Below are positions 19,633 to 29,872 of a DNA stretch of 64,000 nucleotides, one piece after another. The notes beneath the pieces are model-generated. The model had not been told where the DNA came from. It was given only the letters and a program-made list of their open reading frames with translations, and ran no database searches. Each line of letters begins with the position of its first letter. The first letter of the stretch is position 1. This stretch comes from Hydrurus foetidus (taxonomy: Eukaryota): assembly GCA_900617105.1 (NCBI GenBank), contig UYFQ01000010.1:1-64000 (forward strand), read 5' to 3'. The position numbers were made by a program, and so were the translations under genes.

Positions 19633-20514
19633 CTAAATCACTTCTAGGTACTCCTTGAATCGCTGCAGTGCGCCTGGCTCAGGGCGCTTGTTTGGATTGC
19701 GCCAGGGTGACCCCAGAACTCTGGAGAAGGTCCTAGCGGTCATGACGAGGGGGACAGCGCAGGTGTAAAGCTCCTTGAAGCTGTAGTGCTCCCCGTTGCC
19801 TATGGCCTCGGCGAGTTCCTGCACTGCTTTCTGGGCGCCCCAGCTCTCCGCTCGGCTATGCGCGGTGACCCGGACCCTGCGCTTTCGCAAACCTTCTGCT
19901 GCAATCCTCTCGCTGGCCAAGCTGACGATCTCAAACTTAGGCTCCACGCGGAGGAGGTTATTGATTGCCCATAGCACCGATTGCGGCATCTGGTGGTCCA
20001 CCGCGGCCAATGCCAGCGGGTGTGACGTTGTCAGGGGCTCCACGCTTAGAGCCCGCATGTCGGCGTCAAGCGCGGTCGCTGACGTGCTGATAAGTCGTTG
20101 GTGAACGTTCGACCACATGGAGTCGTAGCGGACCTCGAATCGGTAAGCCCCTGACCTGAGAGAGACCCAATCGGGGCCCAGCTCCAGCTCAAACTCCCCC
20201 CGGCTAAGCGCGAAGGCCTGGGCAATGAGGGTGGCTGCGGGCAACCACCACTCCTGGGGCTCCCTGGGCGATCCCAAAACCTTGTGGTAGTGGCGGCGGG
20301 GGAGGGCCTTGCGCGCCACACGCTCGGGCCTTGGCACCCTGCCCAGCCTACGATCCGCATACTCCTCGTAGGCCCCTAAGATGTCATCGAGATCGACCTG
20401 GGGCACCGGCAACCTCCAGTCCACCACACGGGCGTGGCTGTCAAAACTGAAGAGGTTAAATCCGGGCAGTGTGATGGAGCGCCCGTCCGGTGCCGCCAGC
20501 AGCGCGCGCTGCAT
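19633..20514 (-). CDS. Hypothetical protein (start uncertain)
   Basis: Long open frame filling the gap between kinase and MazG-like gene. Confidence 0.55.
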   Translation of the reverse strand: MQRALLAAPDGRSITLPGFNLFSFDSHARVVDWRLPVPQVDLDDILGAYEEYADRRLGRVPRPERVARKALPRRHYHKVLGSPREPQEWWLPAATLIAQAFALSRGEFELELGPDWVSLRSGAYRFEVRYDSMWSNVHQRLISTSATALDADMRALSVEPLTTSHPLALAAVDHQMPQSVLWAINNLLRVEPKFEIVSLASERIAAEGLRKRRVRVTAHSRAESWGAQKAVQELAEAIGNGEHYSFKELYTCAVPLVMTARTFSRVLGSPWRNPNKRPEPGALQRFKEYLEVI

Positions 20515-20584
20515 GGAGGGTCCGGTGCGGGCGCGCTCAACCGCTGAGGTCACAACCCTCAGCGCCTTGAGCGGGCTGTACCAA

Positions 20585-21187
20585 CTAGGCAGCAGCATTT
20601 TCCAGGACCTTGCGCTCAGCAACCACATCGCGGTTGACGGCGCGTTCGGCACTGAACACCAGACCCTTGTAGCGGTCGAGCAGCTTCTCGATGTTGACGC
20701 GGACGACTCGGTCCCCGTCCTGCACCTCCACTGGTCCACACTGCAGGATGGTGCACACCACCGCGCTGATGCGCCCAGACAGCTGTCCGCTGGTTAGCTT
20801 CGGCTCGCGGGCGTAACCGACCCAACGCTTGGCGATGTCCAATAGCTCGTTGAGCTCTTGGCGAATCAGGCGCGAAGACGCGAGCTCCAGGCGGGCCAGC
20901 GTTGCGGCTTCCTCCGCTAAGAACGCTTCGCTGCCTGGCGTCCCAAAGTGGTCTGCGACAACCTGTACGGCTGCCTGGAAGTAAAAGGTCAGGTCGCCGG
21001 CCTCTTCCACAGCGTTCACGGTATCTACCGCGTTGATGAACTCGTGGTACTCGGTGGCGATGCCCAGGATCGCGTGGGCAAAGTCCTTGCTGGGGTCGTC
21101 GGAACGGTTGAACAGGCTGCGGACGAAGCCGGCATAGCCAATGGTGGCCAGGACCTGGTCCGCTGTGATGATTGGGTTGTTGCTCAT
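20585..21187 (-). CDS. MazG-like NTP pyrophosphohydrolase
   Basis: HAILGIATEYHE...EEAGDLTFY; NIEKLLDRY. Confidence 0.75.
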   Translation of the reverse strand: MSNNPIITADQVLATIGYAGFVRSLFNRSDDPSKDFAHAILGIATEYHEFINAVDTVNAVEEAGDLTFYFQAAVQVVADHFGTPGSEAFLAEEAATLARLELASSRLIRQELNELLDIAKRWVGYAREPKLTSGQLSGRISAVVCTILQCGPVEVQDGDRVVRVNIEKLLDRYKGLVFSAERAVNRDVVAERKVLENAAA

Positions 21188-21898
21188 TTAATTCTTCTTG
21201 TTATTGAGTGTGGAAATAACGGTGTGCTTCAGGTCGCCGTCAAGGTCCAAGTTGTTCTGCATCCAGCGCAGGTAGCTGGAAGGGATTGCTGAAAACTTCT
21301 CGTCCTTGTGCTTGCCAAACGGCATCGTGACCAAAAGGAAGGGCTCTTGCGAGGCCTCGGCATACTGGCGCAGCGTGAGCCCAAGGTGCTCACAGAGGTG
21401 CTTCGTCAGGTGGTAGGCGCTGTACACGTCAGCCAGCACTCGGTGGGCGCCGGTGGAGCGTGGCAGGTTCAGCGCGTAGATCAGGGTCTGCAGCTTGTGG
21501 TCCTCAATGTCGGGGTAGACCCGACGTGCCCAACGGAGGCTGCAGGCCTCGACAAACTTGCCATCCACGAAGGGGGCAAGTGCGGCGGTGTCAAACGAGA
21601 TCCGGTGCCCAAGCACCACGAGATCCCCCGGCAACTTCTCTCCGTGGCAGCCGGGTTCGTCCAGGGAGAAAAACTCCTCCAGAGTAGGGCTGCTGGCCAC
21701 GTCAGAATCCACAAGCCCATGGATGCCCGAGGCCGACGGTTTGATAGGTCGCTGTGGGTCGATCAGGGACTCAACTTGTTCAAGGATGTTGAAGTTTTCG
21801 TCCGTGATGACCCAGCCGACTTCACAAACCCCGCGCTCAGGTGTTGCGTCCGTGGTTTCTGTATCTGCGAAGCAGTAGGTCGCTTTGTCAAAGTTCAT
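21188..21898 (-). CDS. DEDDh 3'-5' exonuclease (exonuclease X-like)
   Basis: DTETT, GHRISFD, AHRVLADV; C-terminal MPFGKHK...IPSSYLRW. Confidence 0.88.
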   Translation of the reverse strand: MNFDKATYCFADTETTDATPERGVCEVGWVITDENFNILEQVESLIDPQRPIKPSASGIHGLVDSDVASSPTLEEFFSLDEPGCHGEKLPGDLVVLGHRISFDTAALAPFVDGKFVEACSLRWARRVYPDIEDHKLQTLIYALNLPRSTGAHRVLADVYSAYHLTKHLCEHLGLTLRQYAEASQEPFLLVTMPFGKHKDEKFSAIPSSYLRWMQNNLDLDGDLKHTVISTLNNKKN

Positions 21899-21912
21899 GT
21901 GGGCTCCAGAAT

Positions 21913-21932
21913 GAGGCCCCCGAAGGGGCCTC
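21913..21932 (-). terminator. GC hairpin with cUUCGg loop
   Basis: GAGGCCCC-TTCG-GGGGCCTC after a stop codon; weak U-tract. Confidence 0.5.
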
Positions 21933-21938
21933 GCTCAA

Positions 21939-22829
21939 TCACACCTTGGCAGGCAGGGTGGCGGACAGACGCAGCTTGGTCCACGAGTTCTTGCCCTTTT
22001 CTGCGGCTTCACGGATGAAGTACAGAGTGAAGGGGTCATCGGGCAGCTTGTAACCAGGCAGGCCCATGGCCACGCACTTGGCGGTGGCTTCCAGGTCAGT
22101 CTGGTACTTGCGGAACGCAGGGATGCTGGAGCTGCTCAGGGTGATCTGCACCACGCCTGTGAAGTCCACTTCCTCCTCGGCGCCCATCGCTGCTACCTGG
22201 CAGTCGATGAACTCACGCTTGCTGGCCTTGTCGAAGTCTTCCGTATCCCGCAGGTACGTCAGGTACTCCTCGACCGTCTTGCCTTCCCACGCCTTGTTCT
22301 CCTCACCCACCACGTTGTCGACGGTCACGCCGTCCTTGGAGTAGGCGACGAACTCGGCGCTGGACTTACCGTCCTCACCTGGGGAGATCTCGAAGTGGCG
22401 ATCCCACGCCAGCAAGCGGGCCTTCACCCATTTGCCAAGCACGACCTTGTCTCCACTGGTCTCCTTGATGACGCCGTCCTTGGCCTTGAACACGCGGTGG
22501 CTGCCGTAGGAGAAGTCAGCGGCGCCTTGCATGGCCTCCACCTCCTTCTTGAAGTTCTTGGCAGCGTTCGCGGCGTCCTGGGTGGCCAGTGAACTGGCGC
22601 CGGCTTTGGCGATGGCGGTTGTGGACGTGACCGACGCAGCCGCTGCCGGGGAGGGCGTAGGCTTCGGGGTTTCGCCGGACTTTTCTGGCGCGGGCTCGCG
22701 CTCAGCGACTGCAGTATCGGCACCCGCGGTGTCAGGGTCCTGCTCGAAAGCCGGTCCTGTCTTTGCTGCTGCAGCGCCTGCGGCGTCAGCTTGGGTTGTC
22801 GATCCAGATGTAGGCTTCTTGAGTGCCAT
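21939..22829 (-). CDS. Replication-module protein, possibly ssDNA-binding
   Basis: Low-complexity N-terminus then beta-rich domain; position next to primase; function inferred only from context. Confidence 0.45.
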   Translation of the reverse strand: MALKKPTSGSTTQADAAGAAAAKTGPAFEQDPDTAGADTAVAEREPAPEKSGETPKPTPSPAAAASVTSTTAIAKAGASSLATQDAANAAKNFKKEVEAMQGAADFSYGSHRVFKAKDGVIKETSGDKVVLGKWVKARLLAWDRHFEISPGEDGKSSAEFVAYSKDGVTVDNVVGEENKAWEGKTVEEYLTYLRDTEDFDKASKREFIDCQVAAMGAEEEVDFTGVVQITLSSSSIPAFRKYQTDLEATAKCVAMGLPGYKLPDDPFTLYFIREAAEKGKNSWTKLRLSATLPAKV

Positions 22830-22881
22830 GATTTTCTTCCTTGGTTTCGTTTACAGGTTTACTTACAGTTGCGTTCAGGAC

Positions 22882-25758
22882 TCAGCTATTCGCTTTCGTC
22901 TTGAACAGTTCAATGCCCTCCGCTGACATCTTGTTGATGTCTAAGCGGAAGAGCACTGTTTGACCACCCCTTTTTAAGGGGGCGCCCAAACAGTTTTTGT
23001 CCACGAGTGCTGAGAATTTCTTCAAAGACTCGGTGAACGAATCAGCTGTTGCATACAAGGGATGGAAGCCCTTGCGTTTGCACCAGCTGAAATACTTAAC
23101 GAAGGTCTCTCTCACAAGGATGTCGACGTGATCGCCCTTGACCGTGAACTCCCTACCTTCCACGATGGAGAACTCACTATCCGCATCCTCTGTACGGGTG
23201 ATCAAGGCGATCTCATTGAGGACCTTGGCAGGCTCAGACAGAACCTGCATGGTCATCTCGGCTTTGTTGTCCATCACCGCAGTTTTCAGGCGCTCCAACT
23301 CTCCGCGCAGGGCGTCTCCAAAAACCTCGCGCAGGGTGTTGTCCAGGAAGTTCAGGCCCTCCAGAACAATCGCCAGGTTGTAGACCTGGCGGTCGTGGGA
23401 AGTGCTGGCCAGCGTGGCCCGTAGTGAGTCCCGCAGGGGGGCCAACGCAGCGCGCCGGGACTCCACGGTCTCGCGGTAGGCATGCTTGAGCAGCAGCCGC
23501 CCCAGCGCAGGCATGTTGACCTGGCCTGCTACGGCCTCGTTGAACTGCTGTGTGCGCTGGGTTGCTTCCTCTTTGCTGAAAGCCACTGGTACGCAGCGCT
23601 GCATGATGGCGGTCTGCATCTCTTGAGCCTCAGCAAGGAACACCACGGGTGTGGAGTAGTGGAACTCTGTGATGTCGCGGAACGATGACGTTGCCGAGCC
23701 CTTCGCCACACCTCCGCTGGCTCCCACACCTTGGTTGTAGGCAAGGCGGAAGGATTGCATCAGCATGTCCGTGCGCATCGGGCCCATCTCGGAGGGCTTG
23801 TACTCATCGAGGATCAGCGGGATGCTTGCTGAGGCTGTCAGCGCCACGCGCAGGGGCATTGCTGTGCCCTGGCCCGCCGACATCATCTTCGGTTCCCGGG
23901 TCAGGTAAAACAGACGCGAGAAGAGCAGAGCTGTCAGCGTTTTCCCAGAGCCTGCGTACCCACTCGGATGCAATAGTGGGAACTGCTGGAAGGCCTGGTG
24001 GTAGTGCTGCCGATGGAAACACGACACCATCCAACCTAGCATCTGACCCACGACGAGGGGGCTGTTGATGTTGAGCAACGCCTTGAGCCACTGCAAGGTG
24101 TCAGGATTGCTCTCGATGGCAGTGGCGTTGTGCACGTCAGCCCAATAGGTCGCGTTCGCACCGTAGCCGGGCTTGTAGACATACTCGGCCTCAGAGTTGT
24201 CGGTGACGACTCTGTCGGGGTGAACCCAGATCACATCCTGCTGGATGCGGTCAGTGATCAGGGGATTTTGGACAATGTCCAGACCTTCTCGGTGTACTGC
24301 GTAAACCACTTTTTTCCTCTTTTCTGCGGAGCGCTTCAGGAGCAGGCCAACAACGCCCGCTTGGTTGTCAGTGCCTGAAAAAATACCGCCGTATGACATG
24401 CAAACTGAGTGCAGCCCGGCCTTGGATTGGAAGTCTTTTTGGGTGACTAGACGTCTGCCCACGGGCTTGCTGTCGCACAGCAGGTCGGCCTCAATTCCCA
24501 ACACGGTCCTGTCGTCAAGGTCAATGAGCACACTGGGTCGGCGAAAGCCGATGTTCGAGATCGTTTTGGCCCCCTCAGCTGTGCGCTTGTGCACCCCGCT
24601 GCTGGTGATCATCATTCCCTCGATCAGGCTGGCGGCACCCGACGTGAGGTCGTTGACAAGTTCGGGTGGGAGGTCTTCCTCCTCCTCGTCCGCCACGGTG
24701 CCCACGCCAGCTGAGGCCGACAGCCCGTCGAGATCCCCTGTTGGCGTGTCCACGTCAACGAGCGAGCGAATGCCACCGCGTGAGTAGCTGTAGCAGGGGT
24801 TGTCGTGGGTGTACTCAAACATGCGGCGCAGCTCCTCCTTGCGCTTGCGGGGTGAGCCGTAGCGAGAGGAGTCCCCAGCGTGCGTTTTGCACAGGCCTTC
24901 AGCAGCTTCGACTAGCTGCTCGCTGGTCTTGCCCAGTGCATTGGCGGTGATGGCCAGCTGCATGGCGAGCTTGTGAAAGCCCACGCCAGGTGCCAGGTTC
25001 TCGCCGCGCATGATACGCTCTACGGTGGGGGGAAACTGACCCTTGAACTTCGCCAGCAGGCCGATGTCGACCGTGCCTTTGGAGCGGCGCTTCAGGCCGT
25101 CTGTGACCTTGCCCTGGGCCTTGATGAACATGGCTGCGAGGGTCATGTTCAGCTCAGGCAGATCCCGCATGGGCTCCACGAGCACAGGCTTGCTGCAGAC
25201 TTCGTCGAAGATCTCCGGGGTCATCGTCAGTGCCTCGTCAAGCGAGATTGGCACCTTGAATTTCCCGTTGCTTCGCTCGACCCCTAGCGAGCGCCACATG
25301 CGTCCACGTCGACCGGTGTAGACGCGCAAATCAAGCGTGTCCACCACGCACTCCATGGCCATCTCGCGGTAGATGTAGGGCAGGGCGCCGACGCCTGCCT
25401 TTGGCACGTTGGCCATGAAGACGGGCGGTGGCACCTCGATGTGGAATCCCCGGCCGCCAGTGGCGTAGAGGCGCAAAGACTTGAGGTTGACTCCCATCGC
25501 CAGAAAGTTCGCGAGGAACTTCTGAAACTCAGGGATCGTGGTGCTGATGTCCTCAGCATCGAAGTCGAAGTACAGGCAACCCGAATACTTCATCTTCTCG
25601 TAGTCCTCACGACCCCAGGTCTCGTCGGGTGAGGAGTGGGCATCTAACACCGTCACGAATGCCGGCTGATGCTCCTGAATAATTTTCGAGCGGTGCTCGG
25701 ACAGCGCTTCGCGCCAAGCGTCCTTACCGCCCTCAAGCTGATACCAAAAGTAGGCCAT
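22882..25758 (-). CDS. AEP primase fused to P-loop helicase
   Basis: YFDFD, ATGGRGFHI (AEP motifs); GYAGSGKT, LILDEY. Confidence 0.85.
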   Translation of the reverse strand: MAYFWYQLEGGKDAWREALSEHRSKIIQEHQPAFVTVLDAHSSPDETWGREDYEKMKYSGCLYFDFDAEDISTTIPEFQKFLANFLAMGVNLKSLRLYATGGRGFHIEVPPPVFMANVPKAGVGALPYIYREMAMECVVDTLDLRVYTGRRGRMWRSLGVERSNGKFKVPISLDEALTMTPEIFDEVCSKPVLVEPMRDLPELNMTLAAMFIKAQGKVTDGLKRRSKGTVDIGLLAKFKGQFPPTVERIMRGENLAPGVGFHKLAMQLAITANALGKTSEQLVEAAEGLCKTHAGDSSRYGSPRKRKEELRRMFEYTHDNPCYSYSRGGIRSLVDVDTPTGDLDGLSASAGVGTVADEEEEDLPPELVNDLTSGAASLIEGMMITSSGVHKRTAEGAKTISNIGFRRPSVLIDLDDRTVLGIEADLLCDSKPVGRRLVTQKDFQSKAGLHSVCMSYGGIFSGTDNQAGVVGLLLKRSAEKRKKVVYAVHREGLDIVQNPLITDRIQQDVIWVHPDRVVTDNSEAEYVYKPGYGANATYWADVHNATAIESNPDTLQWLKALLNINSPLVVGQMLGWMVSCFHRQHYHQAFQQFPLLHPSGYAGSGKTLTALLFSRLFYLTREPKMMSAGQGTAMPLRVALTASASIPLILDEYKPSEMGPMRTDMLMQSFRLAYNQGVGASGGVAKGSATSSFRDITEFHYSTPVVFLAEAQEMQTAIMQRCVPVAFSKEEATQRTQQFNEAVAGQVNMPALGRLLLKHAYRETVESRRAALAPLRDSLRATLASTSHDRQVYNLAIVLEGLNFLDNTLREVFGDALRGELERLKTAVMDNKAEMTMQVLSEPAKVLNEIALITRTEDADSEFSIVEGREFTVKGDHVDILVRETFVKYFSWCKRKGFHPLYATADSFTESLKKFSALVDKNCLGAPLKRGGQTVLFRLDINKMSAEGIELFKTKANS

Positions 25759-25907
25759 GTGTATGGCCCCTTAAATCATGCAGGAGGTGCGCAGGACGCC
25801 GGATCTACAGGCGCAATTGAGCAGTTGACGCGCCTCTTCGGCGCTCAAAGTTTGAGAATTCATTGTGGCCCACTTATTATTTTTGTTTTAGGGCTCAGTG
25901 AAGAGGT

Positions 25908-26411
25908 TCAGTACCTTATTGGCACTTCGGGGAACCTCTCCCTGAATTTATTCAGCGTCACGCAGTACGTGTCACCGTCGACCTGCAGATTTTCTCTGCT
26001 CTTGGTCTTTATCAGGATCGCATAATGAGGGGCAAATTGTAGCTTACCGCGCCCCGATTCTTTACCTTTCCATTTGAACTCAAATGTCTGAGGGATGTGC
26101 AAAAACAGGTCTCTGTTGCGCCATCTAACAGGCTGAAGCCCTACGACTACCTCACCTTTCGCGTCAGCTACAGTGATGATCGGTCCATCGAACTTTGTCA
26201 TCTCCATGTAGCCGAGCATTAATACATCGGTGTCAACGGGTGCCCCTGCCTCCAGTCGGTACACAACAAGGCGCCGATTGGGGAATCCCGCCTCCAGGCT
26301 GCGCGCGCCATAGCCAAGGTATGGGAGCCTCTCGGTATCCCCCATCTGCGCCACAATAGCGTCTAGACTGGCCCGGTCGTCGAGGAACCTGGCCTCCTTA
26401 ATTATTTCCAT
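25908..26411 (-). CDS. Hypothetical protein
   Basis: Overlaps helicase stop; AT-richer. Confidence 0.6.
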   Translation of the reverse strand: MEIIKEARFLDDRASLDAIVAQMGDTERLPYLGYGARSLEAGFPNRRLVVYRLEAGAPVDTDVLMLGYMEMTKFDGPIITVADAKGEVVVGLQPVRWRNRDLFLHIPQTFEFKWKGKESGRGKLQFAPHYAILIKTKSRENLQVDGDTYCVTLNKFRERFPEVPIRY

Positions 26412-27810
26412 ATACAGCGTCCCTCAGGTCTTGGTAACTCCGCTGTACGGAGTTAGCCAGTTCGTCGTTATTTAATAGAGACCCAAACATGCCCACTTGA
26501 ACGGTGCTTTGTGCGATGGCAATTCGACAGTGCACGGGGTCGGTCTGCCCGTCGCGGTCGAGCCGCGCAACCACTTGGTTAAACGGTGCGGGCGTAGTTG
26601 GAGCTTCGACGACAAGCATATCAGAGCAAACATGCTGTAAACCATCAACCCCAAACCCAGCGCTTGAGGGCTGAAGCAGGATTAATCGGCACTTTGGGTC
26701 GTCTATGAAGCGCTGGATAGCCCGGCCTCTCTCCCCCTTAGAGACATCCCCATACACCGCCACAGCGTTGTATTTGGACAACTCTCGAAGAAGGTAGGCG
26801 TTGGTTCGCCGAAAGTGAGCAGCAACAACGAGCTTGCGCTCCCCGATCTCCCCCATCACTTCGTCAATAAGATCCAGCACTGCAGGGCGTCGATTGGGGT
26901 TCTCGTCGAACTCCCCCCAATTGATCACAACCTGCTGCAGCGCGGAGCGAAGCGCGGAGGCCGAGATAGCGTCGATCTCAGAGCCATCGGCGAATTCCAC
27001 CAGGCGCTCCTCGGCGATGCGCCGGTAGAGCTTCAGGTGCTCCGCGTCCAGCTTGTAGGTGATCTGGGTGAAGAGCGGCTCTGGCATGTCCGCGCGGGCG
27101 TCCCGCAGCAAGATGCGGGAGGTCTGCACTTTCATGTTGGCGGCCAGCAACTCGATGTTGGCCCACTCCACGACATTGTCGTATTCGTCCTTCTCCGCGA
27201 CGTGCAGGCGCTCGAACTGCCTCAGGTTGCGGTAGATGCTGGGGGCGATCAACTTTATGTACGCATAGGCGTCCAAGGGCTTGTTGATGGGGGTGCCGGT
27301 CAGCAGCAGCAGGGGGCGCCCTTCGGAAATCATCTTGACGGCCTTGTGCGTGTCGCTCTCGATGTTTTTGATGGCCGTAGCCTCGTCAGCAAGGACCCCC
27401 AACTTCTTGTCTTCAAACTGGGTGTAGAAGCGATCAAAATCGTTCTTCAAAAGCCCGTAGGTGGTGATGATGAATTCGACATCAAGCGACAGCTTCTGGC
27501 GCTGCTTGGGTGACCCTGCGTAGATCACCGTCGAGAGAGGCTGCCCAGTCCCTATGTTGGTGACGGACCTCAGCCACCTCTCCCACTGGGCGAGTAGGAT
27601 GGGCGGGACCAGGATCACCCATTGGCGGTATCCGGCGCTGAGGCCCAGGTACAGGGCCTGGTGGGTGGAGCCGGCGGTCTTGCCGACCCCTGGTTCCCAG
27701 TAGATGCCAACTCGGTCCCATTGGCAAAGGTCGTTGACTCCGTCAACTTGTATAGGGCGCAGCTCGAATGGAAATCGGAACTGCCCCCTGACTGCTTCGT
27801 AAGGCGTCAT
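26398..27810 (-). CDS. SNF2-family superfamily 2 helicase
   Basis: EPGVGKT, LADEA, LTGTP, GFGVDGLQ, QVVARLDRDGQ. Confidence 0.9.
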   Translation of the reverse strand: MTPYEAVRGQFRFPFELRPIQVDGVNDLCQWDRVGIYWEPGVGKTAGSTHQALYLGLSAGYRQWVILVPPILLAQWERWLRSVTNIGTGQPLSTVIYAGSPKQRQKLSLDVEFIITTYGLLKNDFDRFYTQFEDKKLGVLADEATAIKNIESDTHKAVKMISEGRPLLLLTGTPINKPLDAYAYIKLIAPSIYRNLRQFERLHVAEKDEYDNVVEWANIELLAANMKVQTSRILLRDARADMPEPLFTQITYKLDAEHLKLYRRIAEERLVEFADGSEIDAISASALRSALQQVVINWGEFDENPNRRPAVLDLIDEVMGEIGERKLVVAAHFRRTNAYLLRELSKYNAVAVYGDVSKGERGRAIQRFIDDPKCRLILLQPSSAGFGVDGLQHVCSDMLVVEAPTTPAPFNQVVARLDRDGQTDPVHCRIAIAQSTVQVGMFGSLLNNDELANSVQRSYQDLRDAVYGNN

Positions 27811-27840
27811 GGTTTTTTACTTCGGGAGCGTTGAGGGGTA

Positions 27841-28281
27841 TCACAGGCGGCTGAGGAGTGTCAGAGCTTGTTGCGTGTCCTTGACTTCGGCGTCAAGGGT
27901 TTTGTCGTGGGGTTCCCGATACAGGTGAGAGCGGGCCATCACGGTTTCCAACCAGCCGGCCCCATAGGCGCGATAGAGCGGCACGCGCTCACGCAGCTTC
28001 AGCGCCAACAACTTCAGCGCTGCACGAGGTGGTGGCTGGTCCATGAAGGCCCCAACCTTGGCGCTGTCGGGGTAGAGCCTTGCTACGTCAATGACGCCAT
28101 CCGCGATGACGAACTGCAAGGTGCGGTGCACGTGACTGGTAAAGGCCGGGTCTGGGTGAGCTGGATAGTTCTCCCAGTCCCACGACAGCCAGGCCAGATT
28201 CCAGGCCAGGGGGTCCCCGGCTAGGAGCATGGATCTGGAGGCTACTGGGTAGCGCTCCAGGGCTTCAGGAGAATATCTCAA
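27841..28281 (-). CDS. Hypothetical protein
   Basis: Coupled start with GGAGG RBS. Confidence 0.55.
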   Translation of the reverse strand: MRYSPEALERYPVASRSMLLAGDPLAWNLAWLSWDWENYPAHPDPAFTSHVHRTLQFVIADGVIDVARLYPDSAKVGAFMDQPPPRAALKLLALKLRERVPLYRAYGAGWLETVMARSHLYREPHDKTLDAEVKDTQQALTLLSRL

Positions 28282-28529
28282 ATGGCCTCCTGCTTGAGTA
28301 GGAAGACGCCGGCCTTGGCAAAGCCGCGGTAGGTCGTCTGGGTGAGTGGGGAGGTTCCAATTGTCGCGTAGGGGAGCAGCGCAACAGAGACCTTGTGGAA
28401 GTCCTCAAAGACAATGCCGAACCGCTCCCACAGCACGTCTTCCATCTCGTAGTCACCTGCGTCAACGTCGAGGCCAAGCAGGTCACGCACCAGATCATGC
28501 GAGCCGAGCTCAAGTTCGGCCGTACTCAT
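28278..28529 (-). CDS. Hypothetical protein
   Basis: ATGA overlap with ligase stop. Confidence 0.6.
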   Translation of the reverse strand: MSTAELELGSHDLVRDLLGLDVDAGDYEMEDVLWERFGIVFEDFHKVSVALLPYATIGTSPLTQTTYRGFAKAGVFLLKQEAI

Positions 28530-29872
28530 GTCGTGGCCGCCTCGAACTGGGCAATCACCTCTGCAAGGGTGTCGGCCTCATACTTGTCGTTGCGCAGCTC
28601 GACGAAGCGAGGGTGGTAGAGGCTGTACAGTGGGTTGGAGTCACCGGGCTCAGCCACACTGTTAGCCCGCACACACATCACCTTGTGCAGCACTGAATCA
28701 CGGTTCTCGTGCAGGTACTGCTCTATGTCGCGTTTGAAGCCTGACACGGCCACCTCCAGCTTGTCGTCCAGCGTGCGGCAGATCACGGAACCGAACGTGC
28801 TGGCTGTGCGCTTGCCGGCGGTGCCTTCCCGGAACCCCACAATCTTCAGGTCCACGTCGACCTCCAGCTTGAACTTGATCTGGTCCTTGCTGTCACCGTC
28901 GAGCCACGGCATGTGTGGGCTCTTGACGATGATGCCTTCGAGCTTGCGCGCCAGCACCTCCTGGTAGTAGGCCAGGGCCTCAGCCTTCGAGTGGACCACG
29001 CGGTGCTCGATCAGGTGGATTAAGCCGGACTTGCCGTCGAGGATCTGATCCTCCAGGGAGCTCAGGCGGTACTCATAGGCCACCTCGTAGCGACCCTTTG
29101 GCACGGCGGTATGCAGGGGCACCTGGTCCCACGCATCGAAGCGCACCTCGGCGCCTTCCGGCAGCTCGCCACCCAGCTGCAGGCTGTTTAGCATGCCGTT
29201 GCCCACGCTGCGGGGCTGCAACTTGCCGTCGATCCAGACAGTCAGCTCACCGTGGGTCTGGGTGCCTGTGGAAAAGACCCGTGAGGCCTCCTGTGCCAGA
29301 GGGCCAAGGGCGGACTCTGGAAAGGTGTTGCCCTGGCGGCTGGTAATCAGCACGGTCTCGCCGCCGTTGTCCACACGCACAAACATGCCATCCGCCTTCA
29401 GCTGAGCAAACACGCCGTCATCCCAATTTAGCTTCTCGAAGTTGGAGTCCTTGGGCAGCGAGCAGCGCATATAGGCGAAATCGGGGATCAGCCCGGGGAA
29501 GGCGGTGTTGACTGTGCCCACGCCGATGCCGGCCTTCAGATCCTTGGTGATCACACGGCGCAGCAGCTCGCCGGAGTCATCGCTCAACTCCCGCATGTGG
29601 AACTTCACCTGCGTGAGCGCTTCGCCGCCTGTAACAGCGCGCGAGCTCAACGCTTCCAGCAGATCAAACTCGGCGTCCTCCCACTCAGCGGAGCCCGTGC
29701 TTTCTGTGGGCTCCAACTTGGCGATGTAGAACATCTGGGTGGGGTCGAGTGCCAGCTTCACGATGCCCTGCTCGAACGGTGTGAAGGTTTGCACAAGGGC
29801 GAGCTTTTCCTTTTTGCCAGACACTGCTGCAATGGTTTGCAGCTTGGCGAAGAGAGCGTTAGTGGAGTCCAT
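28526..29872 (-). CDS. ATP-dependent DNA ligase
   Basis: QLKADG (KxDG), EGIIVK, SLYHPRFVELRNDK. Confidence 0.92.
   Translation of the reverse strand: MDSTNALFAKLQTIAAVSGKKEKLALVQTFTPFEQGIVKLALDPTQMFYIAKLEPTESTGSAEWEDAEFDLLEALSSRAVTGGEALTQVKFHMRELSDDSGELLRRVITKDLKAGIGVGTVNTAFPGLIPDFAYMRCSLPKDSNFEKLNWDDGVFAQLKADGMFVRVDNGGETVLITSRQGNTFPESALGPLAQEASRVFSTGTQTHGELTVWIDGKLQPRSVGNGMLNSLQLGGELPEGAEVRFDAWDQVPLHTAVPKGRYEVAYEYRLSSLEDQILDGKSGLIHLIEHRVVHSKAEALAYYQEVLARKLEGIIVKSPHMPWLDGDSKDQIKFKLEVDVDLKIVGFREGTAGKRTASTFGSVICRTLDDKLEVAVSGFKRDIEQYLHENRDSVLHKVMCVRANSVAEPGDSNPLYSLYHPRFVELRNDKYEADTLAEVIAQFEAATT

Noticed and set aside
14825..25758. Inteins or introns in polymerase or primase
   Set aside because: No C...HN splice junctions or frame breaks seen; the extra length looks like ordinary insertions.
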